A stretch of 64,000 bases of DNA, from contig CM060734.1 of assembly GCA_030704615.1 (NCBI GenBank), positions 20,212,001 to 20,276,000 of the forward strand. Reading direction: 5' to 3'. The stretch is from Takakia lepidozioides (lineage: Eukaryota > Plantae > Bryophyta). The notes beneath the pieces are model-generated. The model was not told the origin of the DNA, did no database searches, and worked only from the letters and a program-made list of their open reading frames with translations. This document shows, in pieces, positions 22,513 through 35,100 of the stretch; position 1 is the stretch's first letter; every line of letters starts with the position of its first letter. Both the position numbers and the translations under genes were made by a program.

Positions 22513-24476
22513 GAAATGAAATGAAATCGTGCTTTATAACGTCCGCGGAAAGCTCATAGAGCTATGGGACAAAATGGAAGAAAACATGAGAGAGGAAACA
22601 AAACCAAAGCCAAGAATAAGAACTATTGTTCGAGTGGTTGTCTAAGGGTGAAGGCCTCGTGCAGGTAAGCTGCCAAGCATTTCTGATCCTCATAGTGGAA
22701 GACTTCAGTGAGAGATTGGGTTCCACGGAATAAACAGTGGAATCTCCCACGGATCTCGTAGTATAGAGGGCAATAGAAGAAGTGTTATCCAGTTTCAATT
22801 TCCCAGCTGCGCCCTGTGCAAGCTGGACATAGGCGGTCCTCCCGTTGCAGGTTTTCCCATCTGCCAGTCTCTATCTGTAGGTTGTGGGAGCCCACCCTGA
22901 ACTGCCCCAATGCCCTCAGGAGGGAAGGAGATAAAGATGCCGAAAGGTAATTGGGCCTCAAGATTCTATCATCTCGGAGCACCAAGAATGTCTCTCGATA
23001 GAAGTGGAGCTTTGTCGTGAGATTGGGTAGCTTCCAAGTTCTCTTGACATGTAATTCCATAAGCTCTCTCCTGATGAGTCTGTTGCGGTCCTGTCTGGAT
23101 GATGTCCACCCCTTCTGGATTCATTGGTAATAGGGAAGCAGTAGAGACTCATTGCGCTCAAATAAACTATCCCTTCGAGCATACCAGGAGTGCCTGAAAC
23201 CTGTAGCTTTGAGCCTCATAGATGTTGAGTGGGCTCTTGCCACGAGCCCCTTTGGGTGGAAGGGCCTGTAATTTATGGAGGAAGATTGTAAGCCAGAAGA
23301 GGGTCTCGGTTTGCAGTGGCACGCATGCGAACTCTGCACCTAGGACATGAGATGGGGTTGTGCTTCTGGCGCCAAGCATTGCTTGGAGAACAGATGACTG
23401 CAATGGTTCCAGATTCTTTTCCCACCAGGAAACTTGGACACCAGGTGCCCAGTATTCACAACCATAGATGGCAGCCGGGCTGACAACGCTGTCAAAGAGC
23501 CCTTTTTGGTTGGGGGGTGGCGCAGATGTATCTGTTTGCATTTGGCCTGTAGGCGGACGGAGGCCGCCTTACCTTTAGTCAATCTGTTCAGGGCAGTTGT
23601 TGCAAAGTGGAATTTTGGGGAGAGGATAACCAGACCCACATACAGGTATGATTTCACAATCTCAATTTACTGGTGGTTGACGATGAATCTACGATCAGCC
23701 TGGCCATTGAAGACCATGATCTTGGTCTTGCTAAGATTGACTTGCAGCCCATAGTCTTTGGAGAACTGTTCCAAAATGTGGAGATGACATTGCAGGAAGA
23801 CAGGAGATTGTGCCAAAAGGGCAACATCATTAGCGTAGAGGAGATCTGATTGCGTTGGTCCCCCATCCAATGGTACCCCAACCCCATGGTTTTTTGATAT
23901 GTAAACCTCCAAGGCGACAATGTAGATCCCGAAAAGGGTAGGTGAAAGGGGGCAGCCCTGTTTGACCCCAATGTTGCTCTGGACCTCTGCTGAGAATTTA
24001 CCAGCGACGTTGACCATGCCAGTGACAATCTCATACATAGACGAGATGGCATATAGGATGTCTGGAGGGACTCCCACTCTCTGGGGCCGTTGGGAAGAGA
24101 AGGTCTCGAGGAACTGAATCAAAGGCCTTGTAAAAGTCAACGAAGCAAACATATACCATTTTTTTGTCATAGCATGCGCGTTCCACCATAACCTGAAGAG
24201 TGAAGATGTGGTCAAGAGTGGATCTGTTGCGATGGAAACCAGCCTGTCCCTTAGCACGTATGTGAGAGGATTCAGCCCAATCATCCAGTTCCATGGCCAC
24301 TACTGCCCCACACAGTTTAGCCAGTAACGAGGATACCATAATAGTGCGATAGTTGGTCGGTGCGAGCCTATCGCCGCTCTTGAAGAGTGGGTGGATGATG
24401 CTCTTTGTCCACTCTGTTGGAAAGCCAAGTTGCACTACCTCATTGAAGAGGTGAGCTATAAATGGGGCTATCATGA
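22513..24476 (-). mobile_element. RTE/RTEX-like LINE (RT plus C-terminal Cys/His region), degenerate, broken by an inversion
   Basis: NYRTI, GQAGF, CFVDFYKAFDSV, GVKQGCPLSPTLF, LLYAND, FRVGSH.L.IETGRW...CPAC. (GAAAT)n tail at 22513. Confidence 0.9.
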
Positions 24477-24716
24477 AATTGAAATATCTGACTCCAAGAA
24501 AACACTCTGCAAAAACTGAAGGTGAGGAGATGATGCTTGCCAAAGACCCGGATTAAGATATTCCAGATCATGGATGTAACTCAAACAAATGCTTCTGTGA
24601 GTTGTATAGGTCAAATTGTACAGATTGGAGGTGATTTTCAATGCCTAAAAGAACAGAGTTGCATGGATCATATCAAGAAAGTCTTAGAGATGGTATGCTG
24701 AACTGACAAATTGGCA

Positions 24717-25470
24717 TTATTGATACAGTGATCTGTGTGGAACTCCAGAGTGGAGTCTCTTCAGGTTCTCCCACAATGTGCGTTGGGCTCCACTCAATGC
24801 CATTTTCTCTGATCTGAGGGCCCTTACTGCTTGCCTCCTTGCCCATGGAAGGGGTACAGCCTGTAGCATTCCATAGCATCAAACCCAACCTGGATATGAA
24901 CTTTGGTCTGAGAGACTCTTGGCATTGAAGCACAAAAGTTGCATTCAGCAACAAGTTCAATGAACTCTAGTTTTTCCTACAATGCAAATCAATGTCATAG
25001 AACTGGTTAGGTGGTGTCTCACCTTGGCACTGACAGCATCGCTGGCAGCCAGAATGGCCACATCATCTTCCAGGGTTGTAGGGTGCTGACTGGATAGGCC
25101 TTCACATGCCCACAACAACCTCCGCAGAACCTTCACATTGCAGAACATCATAGAGGATAAGCTCAAAATCATCTTCTCGTCTATAGACATGGGAATATGC
25201 TAACTCAAACTCTCGGATACCTTTTCCTAGCTGAAACAAGGTGCACATGATCCAGACTGAAAGTGCAGACCTCAGCTTCATTCTCCCGGCTAATGGGCCT
25301 TGAAAAATGGAACATTGCTGACGAAGCACTACGGTCGCGTGTAGTGCCAAAGTAGGCCCCCTCTCTCCAGCCTGCATCAGCGAGCTCCTGCTGGGATGCC
25401 ACTGCTGCCCGTGTCCAAGCCAACACACTTTCATCAACACCTGCTGGAGTCAGAGAGAATACAGCCCCCC
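24717..25470 (-). pseudogene. Last three exons of the SET gene (LSMT substrate-binding domain), inverted
   Basis: Exons 25470-25271 (VDESVLAWTRAAVA...PISRENEAE), 25130-25023 (VLRRLL...PTTLEDD.AIL) and 24860-24717 (RRQAVRALRSEK...stop), all with canonical AG/GT sites on the minus strand. Confidence 0.8.
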
Positions 25471-25525
25471 CTGCAGTTCAACACATCAGCTATAGTTGTC
25501 AGAGATTACCAAACTCCCCTCTCCC

Positions 25526-25656
25526 ATAACCTCTAAACCCCTACACTTCTCTCTCTTTACTACAGCCAATGTCAGCAAGGCAATCAAGAAGCTGCAAAAT
25601 GGCAGGGCATTGGACATTTCAGGACTTCAAAGTGAATTCATCAAGCACGCTGTGCT
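25526..25656 (+). mobile_element. 5' piece of the 22513-24476 LINE, flipped by the inversion
   Basis: FTTANVSKAIKKLQNGRALDISGLQSEFIKHAV is the pre-RT motif that normally precedes IAPFIAHLFN. Confidence 0.8.
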
Positions 25657-26865
25657 AAGATGAAACTGTAATTACAAACACAGGTGATTGTGCTGGAGTG
25701 CATGATAGATTACTATACCAAGATCTTCTATAAGAATGTTCCTAGATTGGGTGAAGAGCTAATTCAAATATCAGTTTGATACTAGAAGTGGGGCTGGGGA
25801 ACATGTACCCCTCGCATGTGGATGTTTGAGCAAATGACCTGCATATGAGATAACACTTCAGCACATCACATTACGAGGGGCCAGGTTTTCCTGATCTGAC
25901 ATCCATCACAAATGGATGTTGATTTTCCTTATATTTCGTCTTGTGTCTGTCACCTTCCCCCAGGACCACATGGGTGGGTCTTGTCTGTCTGGAAGTGGAT
26001 GGCATTGCTCATCACCTACCATTCCAACTCTATGTTCTGGTGAGGTATAAAAGAACTCTGGAATGTGGGTGCTGAGGGTCCTGGAACCCTCTCATTCAGA
26101 AATCCACCTCTCATTCAAAAATCCACAAGTAATTGAGGGTGTGACATGTACAGCCATGTAACTTACCACCTGCCATCCTTTAAGTACATAGCTGTAGCAA
26201 TTAGGCAGAAACCTTGTTGTGCCCGTGTGTGGCTATCTGAACCCAACTCACCCATACAGCACGGGTTAGAGACTGCCATGATTGCCTTTTCAATTGCTTG
26301 CTCTTGCAGTCCAAAGCCCAGTCAAAAGGAGATAGGATTAATTTTAGGGTTGCTATGATACTGAAAGTAGAAACCACGATGTAGAAGAAGATACATGCTC
26401 TAACTGCAGTTGCTATCATGAAAATCGTCAACCTTAGATATGTGATGTTCCAAACACCAACCAAATGGGGCTAAAGGTGACAGAAGCTGACCTAGAGAAT
26501 CTTACACTTAGCCTGAATTCAATAACCGGAACTCCGATTGAAGATAAGGGTGCAGCTAGAGCTGGTGGGCGGGTAAATGTCCATGGTGGAGAGTACAGGG
26601 TTTGCAGGCAGGGCTGATGCTGGCCCCCAACTTCCCTGAGAGGTTCAAAGGGTGTTCTGCAATAAGGGGTATGTAACATTTGTCATTGCAGGAAGCATAG
26701 AATGGAGTGAATTGATTTGTGATCAATAAGACTCTTCCTTAAGTCCTCTCCAGACAATCTAAAGAGAAATGAAATGACACTTTATAACGTCCACAGGCCC
26801 AGATGATCCAAGGGACAGAGAGCAGTAGTAGCAGAGTTTGTGGAACAAAAGAAAAAAAAACACAA

Positions 26866-27760
26866 ATGAAATGAAATGAAATGGTGCCTTATAACGTCCG
26901 CAGAAAGCTCATAGAGCTTATGGGACAAAATGGAAAGAAAACATGAGAGAGGAAACAGAAAACCAGAGCCAAAGATAATAACTATTGTTCGAGTGATTAT
27001 CTAAGGGTGAGTGCCTCGTGCAGGTAAGCTGCCAAGCATTTCTGATCTTCATAGTGAAAGACTTCAGTGAGAGATTGGGTTCCACGGAATAGACAGTGGA
27101 ATCTCCCACGGATCTCATAGTATAGAGGGCAATAGAAGAAGTGTTCTTCAGTTTCAATTTCCTGGTTGCGCCCTGTGCAAGCTGGACATATGCGGTCCTC
27201 CCGCTGCAGGTTTTCCCATCTTCCAGTCTCTATCCATAGGTTGTGGGAGCCCACCCTGAACCGCCCCAATGCCCTCAGGAGAGAAGGAGATAAAGATGCC
27301 GAAAGGTAATTGGGCCACAAGATTCTATCATCTTGGAGAACCGAGAATGTTTCTCGATAGAAATGGAGCTTTGTCGTGAGGTTGGGTAATTTCCAAGTTC
27401 TCCTGACATGAAGTTCCATGAGCTCCTTTCTAATGAGTCTGTTGCGGTCATGCTTGGATGCGATGTCCACCCCTTCTGGATTCACTGGCAATAGTGAAGC
27501 AATAGATAGTCCATGGCGTTCAAAAAAGGTATCTGCGTGAGCATACAAAGAGAGAGGGGCCCTCCACAAGAAGCCCGCAAACAACTATTGCTCAAGGGAT
27601 TGTCTAAAAATCAACGCCTCATGCAGGTATGCTGTAAGAGTCTCTGATCCTCGTAAAGGTCGACCTCCGTTAGAGATTGGGTATCCCGGAATAGACAGTA
27701 GAATCCCCCACGGATCTCGTAGTAGGAAGGACAGAAAGAAACATTCTTCACTTTCGATGT
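26866..27760 (-). mobile_element. RTE/RTEX-like LINE 3' fragments
   Basis: ORF 26997-27584 is near-identical to the C-terminal part of the 22.5-kb copy, with the same 3' UTR and tail. A diverged second end lies at about 27585-27760. Confidence 0.85.
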
Positions 27761-29949
27761 CCTCTTTACTACGAAGTCTGTTCCTCGTATCGAAAGACCT
27801 CAGCGAACGATTGGCTGTCCCGGAATGGGCAATAGTATTGACTGGTAGAGAGGACATTGAAAGAAATGTTCTTTAGTCTCAATCACGAGTCTATTTTCTC
27901 TAGCACACAAGCGGTCAGCACGCTCCAGTCACAGACTGGAAACAAGTTCAGGGAAGTTTTCTGCCTAACTTCATTTTCATCAAACAATTTCATGGCAAAG
28001 AGAAATGAATGAAATGAAATGGTGCTTTATAACGTCCGCGGAAAGCTCATAGAGCTTATGGGACAAAATGAGAGAGAGATTGTACTCATAAGACGTTGTT
28101 TGCCGTAGCCTTGTGGCCATTGACCCCGCGCCCAGTTTGAGCGGGAACAAAATGAGAGAGAGAGAGAGAGAGAGACTGGTATACGAATACGATAAGGAAG
28201 GGAATTGACTTGCCATGCATGGAGCTGTATTTCAAACCTTTCCCCTTTCCTCGTATGCTCACAACTTGGTGGGCCACCTTCTCATCTAAGTGTTTGTCCT
28301 CAGAAGAGTTGGCCTTGTTTGCCTTCCCTAATCTACTTGCACCTGTAGATTGAATATCAAGAGTTGAATATCAAGAATTCGAGATTGATCTTCAAGGAGG
28401 GTGTTTAGAGGAGTCTGGACTAAAGAGATGAGAGAGGATGTGGGTTATATTATCAAAGCTTTACATATGATGGTACAGATCCATAAATTGATCAAACAGC
28501 AGGTCCCATTACTGCAAACATAGTTTCATCTCACGTATATCAACTATCATTCTCTAATCTTTCCAGCCCCTCCCTATCCTCTCTGAAATGATCCTCCTAG
28601 GAACTTCTAATGGCTTGTCTATCTAACGGCAAAGAATAGATGTCAGTTTCATTGGCTTACTGGGCAGCAATTGTTGCCGGGCAGGTTGCCTCACTGGTGC
28701 ATATGCTGCTGCAGTGTGGGCTAACGTTTCCTCAGTTCGTGCCTTGAAAATTTTAAGCCGAATTTGTGAATCTGTATTCAATCCAATCATACCATGATTC
28801 GTTGTGTTACATGTTACAGCTTCAGGTGGATGCTCCTGTAGAGCTTATGCCTGATGCTCACGCACCAATTACCTTATCCCCAGAATCATTCAATCCACTT
28901 GGTTTGAGAGATCTGAACAAGGTTGCAAATGATGTCCATTGCAGACGCAGTGCCTGTTGGCACAGCATAATCGCCTTAATACTTAAAGACCCTTCACTGG
29001 ATATCATCTCCAACATGTACAACCCTGTGATTTTGATGTAGCATAGAGGCAATGGAAGCACCTCACACTAAGTGAGTTTGCTAATGACTGACAACCTTTT
29101 GAGAACTTACAATTCTGAACGAAAATGTGAAAGAGCAATACCTTGATGATGGGCCTTATTGATTTCATTTGCTTTCTGTGTGCATCTGGCACGCGCTTTC
29201 AGAAAGGACATAGTTGTCCTCTCATCTTTGAAGCCCCTGTGACAAGACATGATGTGTAAAATGAGTGAAAAGACAGACTCTGAAAGCTGAAAGCTTCTGC
29301 CTGAGACAGAAACTCATGAGCTCCTACAACACCCTGAGCTGGAGCCTCCCAAGCAGTATGACTTTGAAATTCACATCACAAGTGTCCCTGTCCAACTGAC
29401 GGAAGCACTACTCCTGTAAGCATAAAGAGCATCCCTCCTCATAATGGGGATCTGCAGTGAACCTGTGCAAGCAGTGAAATACCATAAAACAAAAACCCCA
29501 CTTATTTTTGGTCAAACAATATATGTCATGCTGGAGGCCCAAGAGTGGTGCTTCTGTGAGCTGCTGGACTACGTTGCAAGTGGAACACCGGGCCAGTGGA
29601 GAAAAAAAGTAGCCAGAAATGAAGACATCTGACCTAGGTATCTATCCCTGGACAGGCACTTGTCTGGGAAGTAGATGAGGGGTCAGCAGAAGAACATTCC
29701 ACTACTCCTAAACCTCTGCGACTCTGTTTCTGAAGGAAGAGGGGTCCAGTGACTCCTGGCAGGTGTCTTTTGTCACTTTCATCTGCTTCCATGACGCCAC
29801 TGTTGGGGGTCACTAAGAGCTACTGTATAGATCCAAAAAACCATGGCAGCTCCACAAGCCCAAGGAAAGGTGGGACAATTTGTGTTCATGTGCACGTGCG
29901 GATAACTGCCACTCCCTTCTTCATCTGCAAATGGAAGGGATGAAATAGA

Positions 29950-31260
29950 ATGTACTCATAAGACGTTGTTTGCCGTAGCCTTGTGGCCATTGACCCCGCG
30001 CCCAGTTTGAGGGGAAACCAAAGGGATAGAACCTACCTCTGTCAGGGGCTGACATTGGTAGTAAGACTTACCTTTATACATAGAATTGATTCGGGTTTTC
30101 CAGATATCCTCTAGAAATCCCTTCACACAAGCATCAATCTGCTGTGTGTGATTTGCCCAAAAACTGGCCTCAGAAGGGCCTGGGCTTTTGGCTCAGCCTC
30201 GAGACTTTCAAAGTTGGTAAACAGAGGTACAGGCACAATTCTCTTGATAGATTGGAGGAGAGCTTCTCTCTGGTGAGAGTACCCCGGACAGTGAATCAGA
30301 AAATGAATATTGTCTTTGGGTTGCCCACACAACGGGCAATTGCACTCTCCCTTTCCTCTCTGCTTCTGTTTACTGTTCAAAGGTAGGCTTCCTGCCCTGA
30401 GTTTAAATTTCAGTCTGGTGCCGAGAGTGGGTAGACCCTTGAGGTCATCCATGATATCCTCCCCCATGTCAGACTGGAAACAGGTTCAGGGAAGTTTTCT
30501 GCCTAAATTCATTTGCATCAGACAATTTTCTGGTAACAGACATGGCTTTGGACACTACAGTCTCTAAGTCAGATTTATCCAGCAAGGTCAAGACTTGCGG
30601 GTCCAGATTCAGATCCTTGAGAATCTCTTCTACTCTCTTCTGCCAGGACTTAGCCTGTTTGACAGGGCAGTCCTGTTTCCAAGATATAGAGTCGATTAAC
30701 TTAGGGTATCTGGTGTTGGACATGTGTTGCAACTGACCCCACCATCTGACCTTGAATTCATCTCGTCGGGAGCTTAAGGAAGGGATGCCAAACTCACCCT
30801 GAACAGCCACATTGGCTGTTTTGGAGCATGCTGACATGCACTCCTTAAGCACCCCCACTTGAATGGATTCTAGAGACTTAGCCTGGTTGGAGTTATCAGA
30901 TCCGTACTCCAAGGCAGGTCTAATAACGCGGCAAAGCAAGGTTTTCTTGACCTCAGAGTTAATCCCTCTGCAGTGGAAAAATTTAGTGAGACTCAGCGCT
31001 TTGCCCTTGCCAGTTTGAACAACTTTCTGGATATGTGCATCCCAGTTACAGTTGGAGGAAACTCAACGCCCAGGTATGTGTAGGAAGAGAGGACTGGAAT
31101 CTCTTGGCTACCTCACTGCCACTTAAGATCACTTCCTCCCTCTCTGTCGTTGAATGCCACCACTGCACATTTACTGACATTAGCCTCTAGCCCAAAGATC
31201 AAAGTATCTCTTCGCGCAATCAATCAATTCCTGGAGGTTGGAAGGAGTCTCCCCTATGAA
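29950..31260 (-). mobile_element. Second LINE family, 3' part of ORF2 and 3' UTR
   Basis: TYLGV, VIRPALEYGS, KFKLRAGSL...CPLC...HFLIHC. Its 3' end GGGCGCGGGGTCAATGGCCACAAGGCTACGGCAAACAACGTCTTATGAGTACA recurs at 28081-28140 and, diverged, at about 54217-54275. Confidence 0.8.
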
Positions 31261-32195
31261 ATAGAAACCAATTATGAGACAATTGCATGGGTGTGAGATT
31301 GTCATTCATGCATAACTAAGTTCCTCAGGGTTGAGGCTTGTGCCTTAAAATCTCTCTGGCAGTGAGTACAAGAAGTCATTCCTCCTTGCCTTGGGCCCAG
31401 CCCCAGTGAACCACGTGATTAACTTCTGGCATCCGGAAGAGAAAAGGTGTTTGGCTGACTACAAATGAGTGCTAGGAAGTTTGATGAGGAGGGCCTTAGA
31501 AGTCCTGTGGCTCTCTTCCCTCTTCAGGGTTCAAGTGGTGATTGCTTATATACCACTTATCTTCCCCACCTTCAGCCCAAGTTGAAGTTGCCAACTCCTT
31601 AGGTTCCCTTATGGAGGGCATCAACCTCTTCATGTAGATCTTCTGGTGGGGCTAACCTGGAGACTCTCAGAATCGGCTCCAAGCTCAGGATTCAATCTGG
31701 GCTTCAGTGGTATAAGGAAAGAATGGAAGAACTGCACAACTTGCCATCATTTGAAAAAGCAGTGGCATCCATCCTGGAGGAAGGCGCACAGAGGAATTTC
31801 AAGGCTCTCAGGTGTTACAACCAACATCGAAAGGCAGGATGTCAAGCATTTCAACTGTCTGCAGATCAAATGGGTCAATCGATCAATTCTATGACATCAG
31901 AATTTACTGTGGAGAAGAGCCAACATTCATGGACCAGTCGAGCTGCACATAGTGACACCAGTTGGTTTCAACAGAGCTAGCGTAAGTGCCTCCATCACCT
32001 CTCCTCTTTGTGACGAGGTTTGCACTACCTCTTGTTTAGAGGATGGCACTACCCTGGACTGGCCACACTTGACACACTCCGGCCCCTCGTATTGACATTC
32101 GCTACACAAATTTTTCACCAAGGAACTTCAAATTAATATACTACTACTACTATTACTACTAACAAGAAAAGAGTGAAAAGAAATTTAGAGTCAGA

Positions 32196-35100
32196 CCAAT
32201 CTTTTGCAATCTCGGCCATGGTTGCCTTTTTCTTCTGTGATGTGTGGAGTAGACTTGATGCTTCATCCTTCCCATGAGCAGTGGCCTGTAGCCACCACAG
32301 AAACATGACGAGACATAGATAAGTATGAGACAGCATGCCTCTCAATATGTCTCACACTCATGTCCCTTTCTTGGCAAGTCATTGGGCTAGATGGTTGACT
32401 CACTACAAATATGTATTGATGTTGCTGGAAATTCTGAAATTCTCTTCCAAAACTTGAGAGAGGGAGGCATGAAAAAAGCTCTTCCACATGCAGACTTTTT
32501 GCACCTTCACAGCCGTCCCTGATCGAGTCATACACTGATTTGACTGAACCCCCTGCAAAGAAACTTGTTGTGGTAGGTTACCTCCAACATACAATTGGGC
32601 CAAACTTTGCACCATTGCACGACCTCCTTCCTGAAAGCAGTCAAAGAGACCCAGAAAGAAAAGATGGATTGAGAAAACATCTACTGACATTGATATTGGT
32701 GTGTATAAGTGAGACCCAAACTACCTCCCTAGTGGCGATACCTCTTGTTAAGTGTGAGATAGTATCTCAGCCCCAACACTAATCAAGCTTATCGAGGAAG
32801 ATGAAACCTCTTAAGTTGTAAACTTAACAAAAGATGTACTTAATGGTGGTCGGGCTCAGAATTATGCCAAGAGCAACTCAAGAATATTGGCAAGAGTTAT
32901 CAACATGAAACCTTTGAAATTGATTGGGAGTCACTGTACTGGTTTACTGCAGGAATACCCAAGTTTTCTTTCTCAGAATTCTGCATCTTAAACTCGCTTT
33001 CTAGATCGAGTAGCAGAGGTGTCTGTGTATCTTCCGCCTCTGTAAAATTCTCTGTAGGTGGGTCCACTTTTGGTCTTTGAGGCATGGCCATATCAACGCC
33101 CTTGCCAGAATCATGCCCTGTATTTTTCCCCTCCATTAAATCTTTAGGTTGGATGTCAACTCCTGACGTGCAATCAACTTCTGTGTTCTCAACTGCCTTT
33201 GTCCCCAGCAGCCATTTAGACACAGCACTACCGTTACCCTTAAGTCCGTCTCCGGCGACTACGAACTTATCTTCAAAGAAGGAGCAATCGATTGAAAACT
33301 CACTCTCAGCGACTGCAACATACTCATAGTCATCATCATCAATGTACTGTAATCTTGACAATGCTATCTGGAATCTGTGTCTCGTAGCGCAGCCCCTCCA
33401 GAGTGCCTGAATTTTTGTCACAGATCTGATATTTACCCTTCTTTCAAGAGCGCTTCGACGTAAACATGGAAGAAGGCCACTTTTTCTCAATTTTTGTCCC
33501 TTCCAAACTGCCTGCAACACATTTGCTTTACTACTGTAAATAGAGAACATCTGTCATCCATCACCTATTCCCCCCTGCATTCCTTTACAGAAATGAAATG
33601 GTACCTTTAGAGAAAGAAAAAGATTCCCGGGGTCCATTGAGTACCTTAAGAGGGGATTATCCCAAGCCAGTGCTGTTTTTAAGCACTTAGACAGTGGTGG
33701 CTTATGTCCACGCCGAAACATATTCCTCACAAATTAAGACTGCCCACAACAAAACATTGTGTTTTCTATTGCTTTGATAGCTCAGCTAGGATATATCTTC
33801 TTGCAAACATAATAATGTTCACTGCGACAGAGCTATGGCAATGTACACTGTATGCACTGATGGTCCAGTAGCGCGGGTCAAAGGCTATGCCATCTGTTGT
33901 TTGAACAGGAGCATCAACCAGTACATACGACAGATGTCCAATGGCACTAATCAGGACAAACTCCTTAGTGCCCATTTCAACATATCCTCTCATAGAGACA
34001 AAGTCTCAATTTGTGAATTCTTGCTTAGCTTTCAATTGAAAATTTTGTGCACAAGAAAGGGAATCGCTCTTGAGTATAGCTAGCAGCCTACTTGTGTACT
34101 TTAAAACTGGTTACTTGATTTACTATACACATACAGGAAATGAGAGGTCCATACTACACACACTTTTGTAAGGAGTCTAGTCAGTGTGCATGATTTGACT
34201 TGCCTGGATCTTGCATGTGGCATAACATCTCTTCAATTCCTCTGCCAGTAGGTGTTCTTCTCTAATGGCCTTCTCTTTCTCAACAATTTGTCTGAGACTC
34301 TTGCTCTTTCGCCTGGCTAACATGCGCCTTGCCATAGCTTGCAAACACACGACCCTCTTTTGTTGGATCTTGATTTCCTTTCTATAATCAGTGCTCCCAT
34401 TGTATACCTCTTTGTACCTACTTGCATCATACTCCAAGTGGTCCCATAAACACCAATCCATGGCACAAGCCCCATCTCTGTCTTTCTGTCAATTGGGTTC
34501 CCTTGTTGAGGGTTCCAGACTGGCTCTGGTACCTTGAATATGCAATGGATCTTTCCTTGAGCCTTTTTCTTTGGTTGCAGTCACAAGCTCTTTTCGATGG
34601 GCTTGACACATTTCCTGAAATGCAAGGATGTTCCAATGTGCTTCCAATTTTGGGAGCAAGAGAGGCCATGTTTCAAGATCAACCCCCTCTCCCCTGACCA
34701 TCTGGCTTCTTATGAAGGGTTTGGTTTCCACCATTTGAAAAGTTTCGACTAGCATGGACCATAAAATAGATGACTTGGCTTTACCTTGCATGACACTGTT
34801 CACACACATAGTATCTCCTAGAAGCCCAACATTCTTGGGTCCAAGGCCATCTGCTGTAGCTGATGCCCTCCCTTTGCCGATCCGACCAGAGTCTGCCACC
34901 CATTTCCTCTTTATCTCTCTAGGGTTGGCAAAGTCTAAGAAAGGGGCCTTTGCTTCTGCTGCTTTCTCTTGTAAGAACTGCACACCTACAACATCCATAA
35001 CATTTAAAAACAGAGACTTGATTGCTTTGTCCCTGGAGATTTCTTGCACTGGTTCATTGTGAAACTCTATCAACCATGGCACAGCCTCCAAAACCTTGTC

